A DNA stretch of 32,000 bases from Telmatocola sphagniphila (GCF_018398935.1 NZ_CP074694.1:1-32000); one strand, 5' to 3'; numbered from the stretch's first letter, positions 17,420-24,906 are shown. Program-made: numbers and translations. The notes: generated by a model not told the origin, from the letters alone.

Positions 17420-17698
17420 TCATACCCGCACAAAGTAGTACGTCTTCTCCCGCTTACCGGTCGAGCTTTCAATCCGGATCAGTATCTCGAAATCCCCGGC
17501 ACCGATCAGGTAGTACCGCTCGCCTTCCTGGGGCAGGATCGCCGGCTCGGGCTCGAAGGCGTCTGGATCTTGGCGAGCGAACTTGGCCCCCTGGAGCGTG
17601 AACTCACCCCGGGTGCCGTTGAAGTAGGGATCGATTCGAAGCCAGAGGGGTCTGCGTCGAAGGTCGGCCAGTGTCCAAAGGGAGGAGCTGAGTTGCAT
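17420..17698 (-). CDS. hypothetical small protein
   Basis: A GC-richer ORF convergent with the SIR2-like gene. I chose the start at the internal Met (MQLSSSLW...); the track ORF extends to 17803. Confidence 0.4.
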   Translation of the reverse strand: MQLSSSLWTLADLRRRPLWLRIDPYFNGTRGEFTLQGAKFARQDPDAFEPEPAILPQEGERYYLIGAGDFEILIRIESSTGKREKTYYFVRV

Positions 17699-17894
17699 GA
17701 AGGCATTGGAGCAGGCGGGTAAGGCACTGGCCGAGGTCGGTTGTATTTTCATGAAGAATGCTGCAGAGCAACTTGCTGAAAACATTCGCATAGATTGGGC
17801 CACGGAGTTAGAAAATTGAGGTCTTTCTTTAAGTTTACCTCACAATTAAAGTAAGTGAAAATCAGTTCATAAAAAGCAAATCAACCTAAAAGAT

Positions 17895-17918
17895 AAAGGC
17901 ATATTTAAATATGCCTTT
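17895..17918. repeat. perfect 24-bp palindrome AAAGGCATATTTAAATATGCCTTT
   Basis: Read directly from the sequence. It is followed by T-rich sequence and lies 134 bp upstream of the RCC1-repeat gene start. Confidence 0.8.
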
Positions 17919-18051
17919 GTTTATTTCTTATTCACGGTATTTTCTGCTTTCACAAATGATTAAAAACCATCAGATTGCCATCATTTCGTGTCCATTTCGT
18001 ATTCCCTCAATAACTTTATCCTCACACATAAATTTTGATCGGAACTTTAAT

Positions 18052-19284
18052 ATGCCTAGAATTTTATTTGCTTGGACTTTAACACTCATTTTACTGCCGA
18101 CTTCTGCCCAAGCTCAATATGTCGCTTCGTGGGGCGATGACACAGAAGGCCAGTTGGGAAATGGCTCAATCGGAACCAACTCCGGATACCCCGCGATTGT
18201 TCCAGGTCTTCCTAGTGGAGCGACCGGAATTGCAACCGGGTCATCTCACTGTCTGGCTCTAATCAACGGCCAGGTCTATGCTTGGGGTTACAACCTCTAC
18301 GGTCAACTCGGGATCGGATCGAACGCAACCAATGTGACTACTCCTACTGCGATTACGAGCTTAGCCACTGGAGTTACTGCGATAGCTGCAGGTGACTCCT
18401 TTAGTTTGGCAATTCAAAATGGAAAAGTCTATTCCTGGGGTCACGGGAACGTTGGGCAGTTAGGGAATGGTGGCACTAACTCTTCAAATGCGCCCGTGGC
18501 AGTCAGTGTCCTGACAAGTGGCGTGACCGCAATCGCTGCGGGAGCAGGCCACGCCTTAGCGATTCAGAATGGCCAAGTGTATGCTTGGGGATCAAACACA
18601 TATGGGCAATTGGGGGATGGAACTACCACAACTCGAACGACGCCTGTGGCCATTGGTGGATTAAACATCGGTATTACTTCCATTTCGGCCGGGAACGGAT
18701 TCAGCCTGGCCGTACAGAATGGGCAGGCTTTGGCTTGGGGATATAACATCTATGGGCAACTCGGCGATGGAACTACCACAAATCGCTCGACGCCCGTCGC
18801 TGTAAGTGGCTTAACAACGGGCGTGACTGCGGTCGCTGCTGGTGAAAACCACAGCCTAGCAATACAGAATGGGCATGTTTACGCCTGGGGTTCTAACGGC
18901 CTGGGACAGCTTGGAAACGGAACTACGAATCCAAGCCTGACGCCTGTGGCAGTTACGGGACTCAGTGGATTGACGATTACTTCAATAGCTTGCGGGGCGA
19001 GCAGTAGTTATGCCATTACTGATACCGGCAGGTTATTTGCTTGGGGTTACAATACTGACGGAGAATTAGGAAATGGATTCGGATTTTCGTACAGCACCCC
19101 TCAAGAAATATTTGCTCCTTCGGGGGATCATTGGGCAATGGTCACCGGCTCGATAGATGGTTTCCAGACTTTGGGAATCGTTTCACCCGTTCCAGAACCT
19201 GGTTTCATTCTCGGAGTCGCAGCTTTGGCTCTTATCTCTCTGCTCGGATATTCAAATCGCAAGAAGTCACTCTCAGCAACCTGA
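18052..19284 (+). CDS. secreted RCC1-repeat beta-propeller protein with a PEP-CTERM anchor
   Basis: Signal peptide MPRILFAWTLTLILLPTSAQA. About seven repeats of the form YAWG.N.YGQLG.G. The C-terminus VPEPGFILGVAALALISLLGYSNRKK is PEP, then a TM helix, then a basic patch. Confidence 0.85.
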   Translation: MPRILFAWTLTLILLPTSAQAQYVASWGDDTEGQLGNGSIGTNSGYPAIVPGLPSGATGIATGSSHCLALINGQVYAWGYNLYGQLGIGSNATNVTTPTAITSLATGVTAIAAGDSFSLAIQNGKVYSWGHGNVGQLGNGGTNSSNAPVAVSVLTSGVTAIAAGAGHALAIQNGQVYAWGSNTYGQLGDGTTTTRTTPVAIGGLNIGITSISAGNGFSLAVQNGQALAWGYNIYGQLGDGTTTNRSTPVAVSGLTTGVTAVAAGENHSLAIQNGHVYAWGSNGLGQLGNGTTNPSLTPVAVTGLSGLTITSIACGASSSYAITDTGRLFAWGYNTDGELGNGFGFSYSTPQEIFAPSGDHWAMVTGSIDGFQTLGIVSPVPEPGFILGVAALALISLLGYSNRKKSLSAT

Positions 19285-19394
19285 GTGAGAAAATATTTTC
19301 TGAAATTCGTAGCGAGTAAACTGCCCGAATAAATTACTCGAATTCCATTTGAACTGCATCGATCTTGACGGCCGCCGAAAAATGGCGCAAACTC

Positions 19395-19421
19395 ATACCC
19401 AAATCGATACCCAAATACCCA
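19395..19421 (+). repeat. tandem direct repeats ATACCCAAAT x2 (plus a partial ACCCA), possible recombinase arm-type sites
   Basis: ATACCCAAAT at 19395-19404 and 19407-19416, then ACCCA. They lie about 90 bp on the element side of the tRNA fragment. Confidence 0.4.
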
Positions 19422-19508
19422 CGAAACGGGTCATGATGGGTTAGAACGAACTATCAAAATCCTCGGAAAACACGCATTTTCCAAGGATCGAAAATGGCTG
19501 AGTACATT

Positions 19509-19550
19509 TTGCAAAACCGTCACTCCCCGGTTCGAATCCGGGCGAGGCCT
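19509..19550 (+). tRNA. truncated tRNA-Cys(GCA): 3' portion only (anticodon loop to discriminator); putative attR core
   Basis: TTGCAAA loop (anticodon GCA), ACCGT, 5-nt variable region, T-arm CCCGG-TTCGAAT-CCGGG, acceptor strand CGAGGCC and discriminator T. The complementary 5' acceptor (GGCCTCG) and 5' anticodon stem (ACGGT) are missing upstream. Confidence 0.6.
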
Positions 19551-19734
19551 CTCGTTCTAACCTGTTGCCGTAAGCCCCTTTATGGCTTAACCTCTCCCAT
19601 CGATAGTGCACCCCTTTCAGGCACGCCCGATAATCCGACGCTAGTTGCAATCAAAATTTCCGTACCGCCTTCGCGCGGTCTGTTTGGATGCCCACAAAAA
19701 CCTTTCTATCTATCGCCTTCGAAGGAGCCCCACG

Positions 19735-20076
19735 ATGAACCTGGCCGAGTACCTGAATCCCGAGCGTTTTCCGCTGACGACCCGTGCGCAATACACACCG
19801 GAGAGCCAACTTAAAATGGACTACTTCAATTGGAAAGGCGGCCAGAAACATTTGGAAGAGGGAGGGACCTTGGATGAACAGGGCCAAGCGATCCAGCGGG
19901 AACTGGAAGAGAAGATGAAATATCATGCGGCCTGCGTGCAGGAGTTGGAGGATCAGAAGAAGCCGAGGAGTCCTTTTTATCTCAGTCCGGAGGAGGCCGC
20001 GCGAGTGGAGAAGGGGCACCGCGAGATGATGGAGATGCTGGAACGAAAGTACGGGAAAGGGTATCGGGATGGGTGA
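19735..20076 (+). CDS. hypothetical protein
   Basis: 113-aa ORF from the ATG at 19735, with a GAAGGAG RBS 7 nt upstream. It looks charged and helical. Confidence 0.55.
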   Translation: MNLAEYLNPERFPLTTRAQYTPESQLKMDYFNWKGGQKHLEEGGTLDEQGQAIQRELEEKMKYHAACVQELEDQKKPRSPFYLSPEEAARVEKGHREMMEMLERKYGKGYRDG

Positions 20077-20091
20077 GGAGCCAGCACTCGT

Positions 20092-20559
20092 TTAGCTGGC
20101 CACGCTGTCTTCGATCTGGTGGATCATCCGCCAGATTCGATCGGCTTCGCCCCGTTCGATAATCTGAATGGGCGTCTGGCCTTCGAAAGCTGGGTTGGGT
20201 TCGAGAAGCCAGTTCGCCAGTTTTTCGGCGGGGACGATTTCGCTCAACGCAGCTCGCAGGCGGTCGGTTTCGATTAACTTCTGACGGGCAGCATCGCTGA
20301 CTTGTTTTCCAGACTCCCAACCTGCAATCGACCTCACAGAATAACCTGTAATACGGGCAAAATCTACTTGAGAAACACCAATTTTCTCTCGAATCTTTGT
20401 CACTGCAATCTTTGGGCTTTTCACGACAAGCGCTTCTTCCGGGGGTTTAACTTTCGTCCCTTTTGATACTTGGGCATTTGGTTTTTCGCTACGTGTTCTC
20501 ATTATCCCATTTATTTTGCCTCGTATCAGTCGAAGAGGTTTTTGAGTATTGGGTCGCAT
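20092..20559 (-). CDS. Xre-family antitoxin with a C-terminal DUF2384 (Xre/MbcA/ParS toxin-binding) domain
   Basis: HTH segment GVSQVDFARITGYSVRSIAGWESG. The C-terminus LANWLLEPNPAFEGQTPIQIIERGEADRIWRMIHQIE matches the DUF2384 pattern. AAGAAGGA precedes the ATG at 20559; an alternative start is at 20577. Confidence 0.8.
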   Translation of the reverse strand: MRPNTQKPLRLIRGKINGIMRTRSEKPNAQVSKGTKVKPPEEALVVKSPKIAVTKIREKIGVSQVDFARITGYSVRSIAGWESGKQVSDAARQKLIETDRLRAALSEIVPAEKLANWLLEPNPAFEGQTPIQIIERGEADRIWRMIHQIEDSVAS

Positions 20560-20598
20560 CGAATAATCCTTCTTCATCGCAGATGAAAAGGTCGTATG

Positions 20599-20626
20599 AG
20601 CTGACATGCAAATTTGCATGTCAGCT
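20599..20626. promoter_or_regulatory. perfect 28-bp palindrome between the RES stop and the Xre start (operator or RNA hairpin candidate)
   Basis: AGCTGACATGCAAA/TTTGCATGTCAGCT, read directly. It begins 5 nt after the RES stop codon (20631-20633) on the minus-strand transcript. Confidence 0.6.
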
Positions 20627-20630
20627 GATT

Positions 20631-20756
20631 TTATCCCTTTTTGCCAAGTTTGTCGAGTAGCCTTGGATTTAGTACCTTCAATCGAGATTCCGACGACAAA
20701 TTTTCTGGAAAAATAAGGAGATTCTGCCCGTTTGGATCTGGCTTGGAAGCTACTAG
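20631..20756 (-). pseudogene. RES-domain toxin, C-terminal fragment (downstream of the IS insertion)
   Basis: Translates as LVASKPDPNGQNLLIFPENLSSESRLKVLNPRLLDKLGKKG*. It contains the Ser of the R-E-S triad and joins in frame to 22617 once the IS and one CTAG copy are removed. Confidence 0.75.
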
Positions 20757-22612
20757 TCCTTAAACAAGCGAAGTTTTTGATGCCAATTCCGTGGGGAGTT
20801 TTAGCGAGATAGTTCGATGAGTCCTCCGCGCCGGAGCTTTTCGCTCGGCCGAACGCATACTTCTATTTTTCAAACATTCTTCCTTTCCGCGAATAGCTCT
20901 CGGCGTTTTATCGGATCGGGACATCCGGATCCCGACTTCAGTCGGTCGAACGATCAGCACCTCAGTGCTTTCAGTAGTCGGAAGAAGATCGGCAAGTGCG
21001 GGTTCCAGCCGAGCAATCGATAGACGATGCGGCCGGCCTTCCGGACGATCTGACAAGGCAGAAGCATGAAAGCATTGAGGAAGGTTTTGAATTCCATTTT
21101 CAAAACCGACTGCTTCTGGTCCCGATGCTTTTCCCGCCAGCGACCGGGAGTTTCCGGCAACGTCAAGGCCCACCAGGCTTTCAAGTTCCAGGCCAGGGAG
21201 GCCATCACCATGTACGCCCAATTGCTTTCCAGATCGTGCAGCGGCGCGTGCAAGGCCCGGCAACCGCCCTTGAGCTGCGCTATCAGATTTTCCTGATTGC
21301 AGCGATCGTTGGCTTCGTAGACGACTTCGGCGGCCGTGCACTCCCGGTCGTTGGTGATGTAGAAGAAATAGCGTTCGTCCGGATACAGAACGGATTCGCC
21401 TTTTTCCACGGAAAGATTCTTGCGAATCACCACCAGGCGATACGCCCTTCGGCAAGCGGTCGGTTGGTACTCGAACTCGGCCACCGCTTCGGAGATCAAC
21501 TTCACATTTACGAATTCCCGCTCTTGGACGATCCGCTCCTTGGTGTTTTCCCGTCGGTGTCGCAACTTCGCTTTCGCCGAGTATTGCGCGGGACGCTCGA
21601 GCTTGTGCCAAGCCGCTTCCGGCAGTTTTTCCGCGATTGCTTCGAGGTTTTGCTTCGAATCGTAGCCGAAATAAAAGCGTACCTTGGCGTTGGCATCCCA
21701 GCCGTCGAGGCGAGTGGTCTGCGAGAAATCGGTGTCGCCGCGAAAGACGATCCTGCGAAAGCCCGCTTGAAGGCACAGCAAAAGAGCCCGGTCGAGTTCG
21801 ACCGCGGCCCCTTCGTGCGAAGGGCGATTGCCGGGACGGTTGACGATGCTCAGCGTCTCACCGGTGTTGGCCAGGGTCACCGCCAGGGGGTGGTAACACC
21901 AGTCTCTGTTATAGTTGATGTCCATCCCCGCTTTACGCTCGCCACGCGTTTGGGTAAAGCTGCCGTCGGCGTCGATCTTCGCGCATTCCCAAAAGGAATC
22001 GGGTTGCTTCGACCAGACGCGTAAACGGGTCTGGTTGAAAGCGTCGATCAAAGCCTGGATGCTGCCACTATCGAAGCGTCGACAAAAGTCGCCCGAAGTA
22101 GTCGGGTCGGGAAAACGCTGAGTGCCCAAGGCGTTGAGAAAGTTTTCGTCCGTGCGACGCAGTTCCATGTCTTGCAGGCAGGTACCCCCGCAAAGGGAAT
22201 TGTAAGCGATGGCCAACACGTGGTCCGATTCCGAGTAAGGCCTTTGAAATTGGAGCAGATGCAGCTTCTCGTCGATGTCGTCGATCAGTCCGATACGCCG
22301 GGCCAGAAGGTGCATGGCCCCGAGGCCTCCGCAACTGATCGCCCCCACGCGTTCGGAGACTTCGTAATGAATGTTGGAGGCGTCGAAAGAAGGAGCGAAG
22401 GTCATCGCGGCCTCTCGCTTAGCCAGGCGACGTTCGATTCGACTCTTGCATTTTTGAAACCAACGTCCGAAAATAACATTCACTCGAAACTCCTTTTTGC
22501 GACTGTCGATTTGTTAAGCGGTTACTTACACAAACCGCAGAAAACAAAAAGGATTTCGAGCTTTCTTCGATAAATCGAAACAATTCTCCAAAAAACTACG
22601 CTGGTTTAAGGC
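20757..22612 (-). mobile_element. IS1380-family insertion sequence (1856 bp) inserted in the RES toxin gene
   Basis: Terminal inverted repeats TCCTTAAACAAGCGAAGTTTTT (20757-20778) and the reverse complement of 22591-22612, GCCTTAAACCAGCGTAGTTTTT (19/22 match). Flanked by a direct CTAG duplication (20753-20756 and 22613-22616). Contains a single transposase ORF. Confidence 0.8.
20954..22483 (-). CDS. DDE transposase, IS1380 family
   Basis: 509 aa. Blocks are collinear with ISEcp1/IS1380-type transposases: KIDADGSF..GMDINYN, NRPGNRPSHEGA, FRGDTDF, YFFYITN, RCNQENLIAQLK, SNWAYMVMASLAWNL. Confidence 0.8.
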   Translation of the reverse strand: MNVIFGRWFQKCKSRIERRLAKREAAMTFAPSFDASNIHYEVSERVGAISCGGLGAMHLLARRIGLIDDIDEKLHLLQFQRPYSESDHVLAIAYNSLCGGTCLQDMELRRTDENFLNALGTQRFPDPTTSGDFCRRFDSGSIQALIDAFNQTRLRVWSKQPDSFWECAKIDADGSFTQTRGERKAGMDINYNRDWCYHPLAVTLANTGETLSIVNRPGNRPSHEGAAVELDRALLLCLQAGFRRIVFRGDTDFSQTTRLDGWDANAKVRFYFGYDSKQNLEAIAEKLPEAAWHKLERPAQYSAKAKLRHRRENTKERIVQEREFVNVKLISEAVAEFEYQPTACRRAYRLVVIRKNLSVEKGESVLYPDERYFFYITNDRECTAAEVVYEANDRCNQENLIAQLKGGCRALHAPLHDLESNWAYMVMASLAWNLKAWWALTLPETPGRWREKHRDQKQSVLKMEFKTFLNAFMLLPCQIVRKAGRIVYRLLGWNPHLPIFFRLLKALRC

Positions 22613-22616
22613 CTAG

Positions 22617-23093
22617 TAACCCTTCGAAGCCGATTTCGAAAGCGGCCCGACCAATAGCTTGAGTAGTCGATTCGTCTCCTCGGGCCATTATCGCACGCCA
22701 ATCTTCAATCATCAATAACGATAGGGAGCCTTAAAGTATGTCGGTGAGATCTAAGTTTGCAAGATTCAGAATGGATTCGACTTTCACTTTTATAGCCACA
22801 GTGACTTTGGGCATTTCTTGTGCTAATCGTAGTTTGTAGTAGCGATAGTTCTCTTTTGCCTCATGCATCGCCGTAATGGGATCTGCACTCAGGTACAGGA
22901 CCTTCATGACTTGGAGCGGATTCCAGCGTCCACCACCCAGATATGAGCCCATGCCCGACAGGATTTCTTTCGGAGTGGTATACCGCGGTCCGACGACTCT
23001 GAAGAATTCCGAATTCAAACTCATGGAGTCTTTTCGATGCCGTTTGAGCCATCGGCTAATTTCTCGGTACCGGGGATGGGCTTTTTGCTTCAT
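22617..23093 (-). pseudogene. RES-domain toxin, N-terminal and central part with an in-frame TAA at 22731-22733
   Basis: FFRVVGPRY...GGGRWNP...VLYLSADPITAMHEAKEN carries the Arg and Glu of R-E-S. After the stop the same frame continues as GSLSLLMIEDWRAIMARGDESTTQAIGRAAFEIGFEGLL, up to the IS junction. Confidence 0.75.
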
Positions 23094-23409
23094 TGGGCTA
23101 TATAACAAATCGAATTGGGTTACATGTAACAAGTTGCGATTAGTTCCGCGGACATATCCGAGTACTCCTAACACTACTGGACTTCTCGAACATTTTACGG
23201 CAACGGGAAAGAGGGGGAGAGATAGCTTTAACCTACGGCAGGGAATGGAGTATCCCTTATGAGAGGAATTTCGCTTGCGAAACCTTCCTTGAATCGGAAT
23301 ACGGAACTATCTCATTCTTTCGTTCCGAGGTCCGATGATATGTTGTCTCGGGTTATTTATAGTTGCATTCAATTCTGATCTTCTCAACTTCTTCCTGCCC
23401 TCAGCCTCC

Positions 23410-24468
23410 TTACTTCGGCGGCACGTAGCCCCTCGGCGGCGTCACGACTTCAAAGTCCGAGCCCTTAATTTTTCGCAATTCTTCATGGAGAATCGGGATC
23501 CGTTCGTCCGGGGCCACCGAGATCGCCCAGTCGATGCCATTGTCCGCATTGAGCATCCCATAACGTTTCAAAGCTTCCAGGATAATCTTTGTCTCAGTTG
23601 AAAATTTCGATGTGTCGAAGTCCTTGCGCAGTCGGAAACGCTCGCCCATGCGCGGAAGGTTTTCATTCGTCTTTTGACTGGCGAAATGCGTGGCGGGATA
23701 AACATAAGCACGCCGGGTATTCTGAAACGTCGCCCGCAGGGCGTGTTCGATCTTGCCCCGTTTGAGTTCGTCATAGCGCACGACCGAAGGAAAAATCGGC
23801 AACCCGGCGGCGTCCGAACTCGTCCAACCATCGGGCCGAAGTTTATTTGTGGAGAGGTCGAAAATCGACGCCTGCTCGGCCGTCCAACCCTGGTTCGTTT
23901 TCGTCAGCCGGTAGAATTCGTAGAGCTTGCGATTGACGGGATCGACGACGATGCCATGCCGGTCACTATCCAGGTTTGGCTTGCCTCGCTGAACATCTTC
24001 CAGTGTCAAGGCTCTCAAGGCCGAATCTCCACGTTTGAAATGCGCGGGCCAGCCCTCGATCGTTACGTTATCGGGAACGGGATAGGGGCCTTTATCCGAT
24101 TCCTCGCCGTAAGCGCTCAATTTGACATCGATCTTTTTTTGATCGGGCGGGACTAGAACGAAGCCCATATCCGGGCTGTAGCGCAGGGGTTTGTTTCCCC
24201 CAATGGCCGCGATCATCTTCGCCGAGTTAGAGGCCACAGGCCAAGTATCGACGGGTATGTTCCAGGGATTGTCCGGCGGAAATACTTCCAGTGCGGCGAG
24301 GATCGCGTCGGCCTCCGGCGTGTCGAACTGAATCGGCTTATCAAACTTCGGCATTGTGGTGGCTTTGAGCCGTTCCAATCGAGCCTTGTCGATGGTCACC
24401 CCCGGAGGATCCGCGGCATAAACAATCGTTTGTGCGAAAGCCACAAAGAGAAGACATGCCAGTCGCAT
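23410..24468 (-). CDS. secreted protein of unknown function
   Basis: 352-aa ORF with a signal peptide (MRLACLLFVAFAQTIVYA). I recognise no catalytic motif. Confidence 0.7.
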   Translation of the reverse strand: MRLACLLFVAFAQTIVYAADPPGVTIDKARLERLKATTMPKFDKPIQFDTPEADAILAALEVFPPDNPWNIPVDTWPVASNSAKMIAAIGGNKPLRYSPDMGFVLVPPDQKKIDVKLSAYGEESDKGPYPVPDNVTIEGWPAHFKRGDSALRALTLEDVQRGKPNLDSDRHGIVVDPVNRKLYEFYRLTKTNQGWTAEQASIFDLSTNKLRPDGWTSSDAAGLPIFPSVVRYDELKRGKIEHALRATFQNTRRAYVYPATHFASQKTNENLPRMGERFRLRKDFDTSKFSTETKIILEALKRYGMLNADNGIDWAISVAPDERIPILHEELRKIKGSDFEVVTPPRGYVPPK

Positions 24469-24805
24469 AAATTGATCTTTCGTCAGGGGCTTAAAGAAAG
24501 AGGGAATACTAAAGAGGTTGTATATAGGCTTTCTGATTGAGCCAACTTGCTCGCTTCGCTGATTGGGCGGTGAGTGCCTGGCAGTTCCTGAAACCTCCCG
24601 CGAAGCAATTCTTTTTGCCGGAGAGTCGACTGGATAACTCCGGCCCCGTTTCCAATCGGAGGCGGAATTGACAGAGATTACTTCTGGGATCGGTCTTGCG
24701 ATAAAGCAAGATGCTTTGAGCAGCTGCGGATTCGCTCGGACACTTCGCGGAACTTTTTTTTATTCGATTTTATGCATGGGAGCTAAAAACGAATTAACTT
24801 TTCTG

Positions 24806-24833
24806 TTGACTGAATCCAGTGCCAAGCTAAGAT
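24806..24833 (+). promoter_or_regulatory. possible sigma70-like promoter for the DUF3800 gene
   Basis: TTGACT (24806-24811), a 16-nt spacer, then TAAGAT (24828-24833), about 75 nt upstream of the ATG. Two small hairpins follow (24854-24867, and 24868-24885 with a GAAA loop). Confidence 0.3.
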
Positions 24834-24906
24834 ATAAATTATATGACCTGGGGGTACTTTTTAGTACGTAGGGCGAAAGCCCTACCGGGTCTCCCTTATT
24901 TCGCCT

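Larger units (their letters stand above)
1..19550 (+). mobile_element. right-hand portion of an integrated tailed-phage (siphovirus-like) element plus cargo; left end lies outside the window
   Basis: Co-directional, tightly packed or overlapping ORFs in head-neck-tail-lysis order. Terminator at 15240-15269, then AT-rich cargo. Bounded on the right by a + strand 3' fragment of tRNA-Cys (19509-19550), the geometry expected for attR of an element lying 5' of the fragment. Confidence 0.6.

Noticed and set aside
16223-18051. Upstream extensions of track ORFs (SIR2-like from 16223; RCC1 protein from 17911; 17420-17803)
   Set aside because: The internal ATGs at 16241 (GGAG RBS) and 18052 (which starts directly with a signal peptide) are better starts. 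The 17911 extension begins inside the 24-bp palindrome and encodes AT-rich filler.
19441-19560. Complete tRNA, tRNA-Sec, or tmRNA-like gene around the GGTTCGAATCC T-loop
   Set aside because: I tried to fold it. Only 5 bp of acceptor pairing is available (CCTCG/CGAGG at 19461-19465 and 19543-19547). No D-arm forms, the anticodon stem pairs at 3 of 5 positions, and the region is too short for a tmRNA. It is best explained as a 3' tRNA-Cys fragment. The overlapping track ORFs 19441-19650 (-) and 19494-19814 (+) are rejected for the same reason.
20760-22024. ORFs 20760-21776 (-), 20996-22024 (+) and smaller ones overlapping the transposase
   Set aside because: They lie in alternative frames of the IS1380-type transposase gene, which has clear family motifs. 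Their products are Arg/Ser/Gly-rich junk-like sequence.
22731-23174. Treating the track ORF 22731-23174 as an intact short RES-like gene
   Set aside because: RES-like sequence continues in the same frame after the TAA, and again beyond the IS. The ORF is therefore a truncated piece of a pseudogene. The N-terminal 27 codons of the track ORF have no support, so the start at 23093 is preferred.
24509-24871. Small ORFs 24509-24709 (-) and 24668-24871 (+) in the spacer upstream of the DUF3800 gene
   Set aside because: There is no RBS, and the composition is intergenic-like. The region is better explained as the promoter and leader with hairpins.
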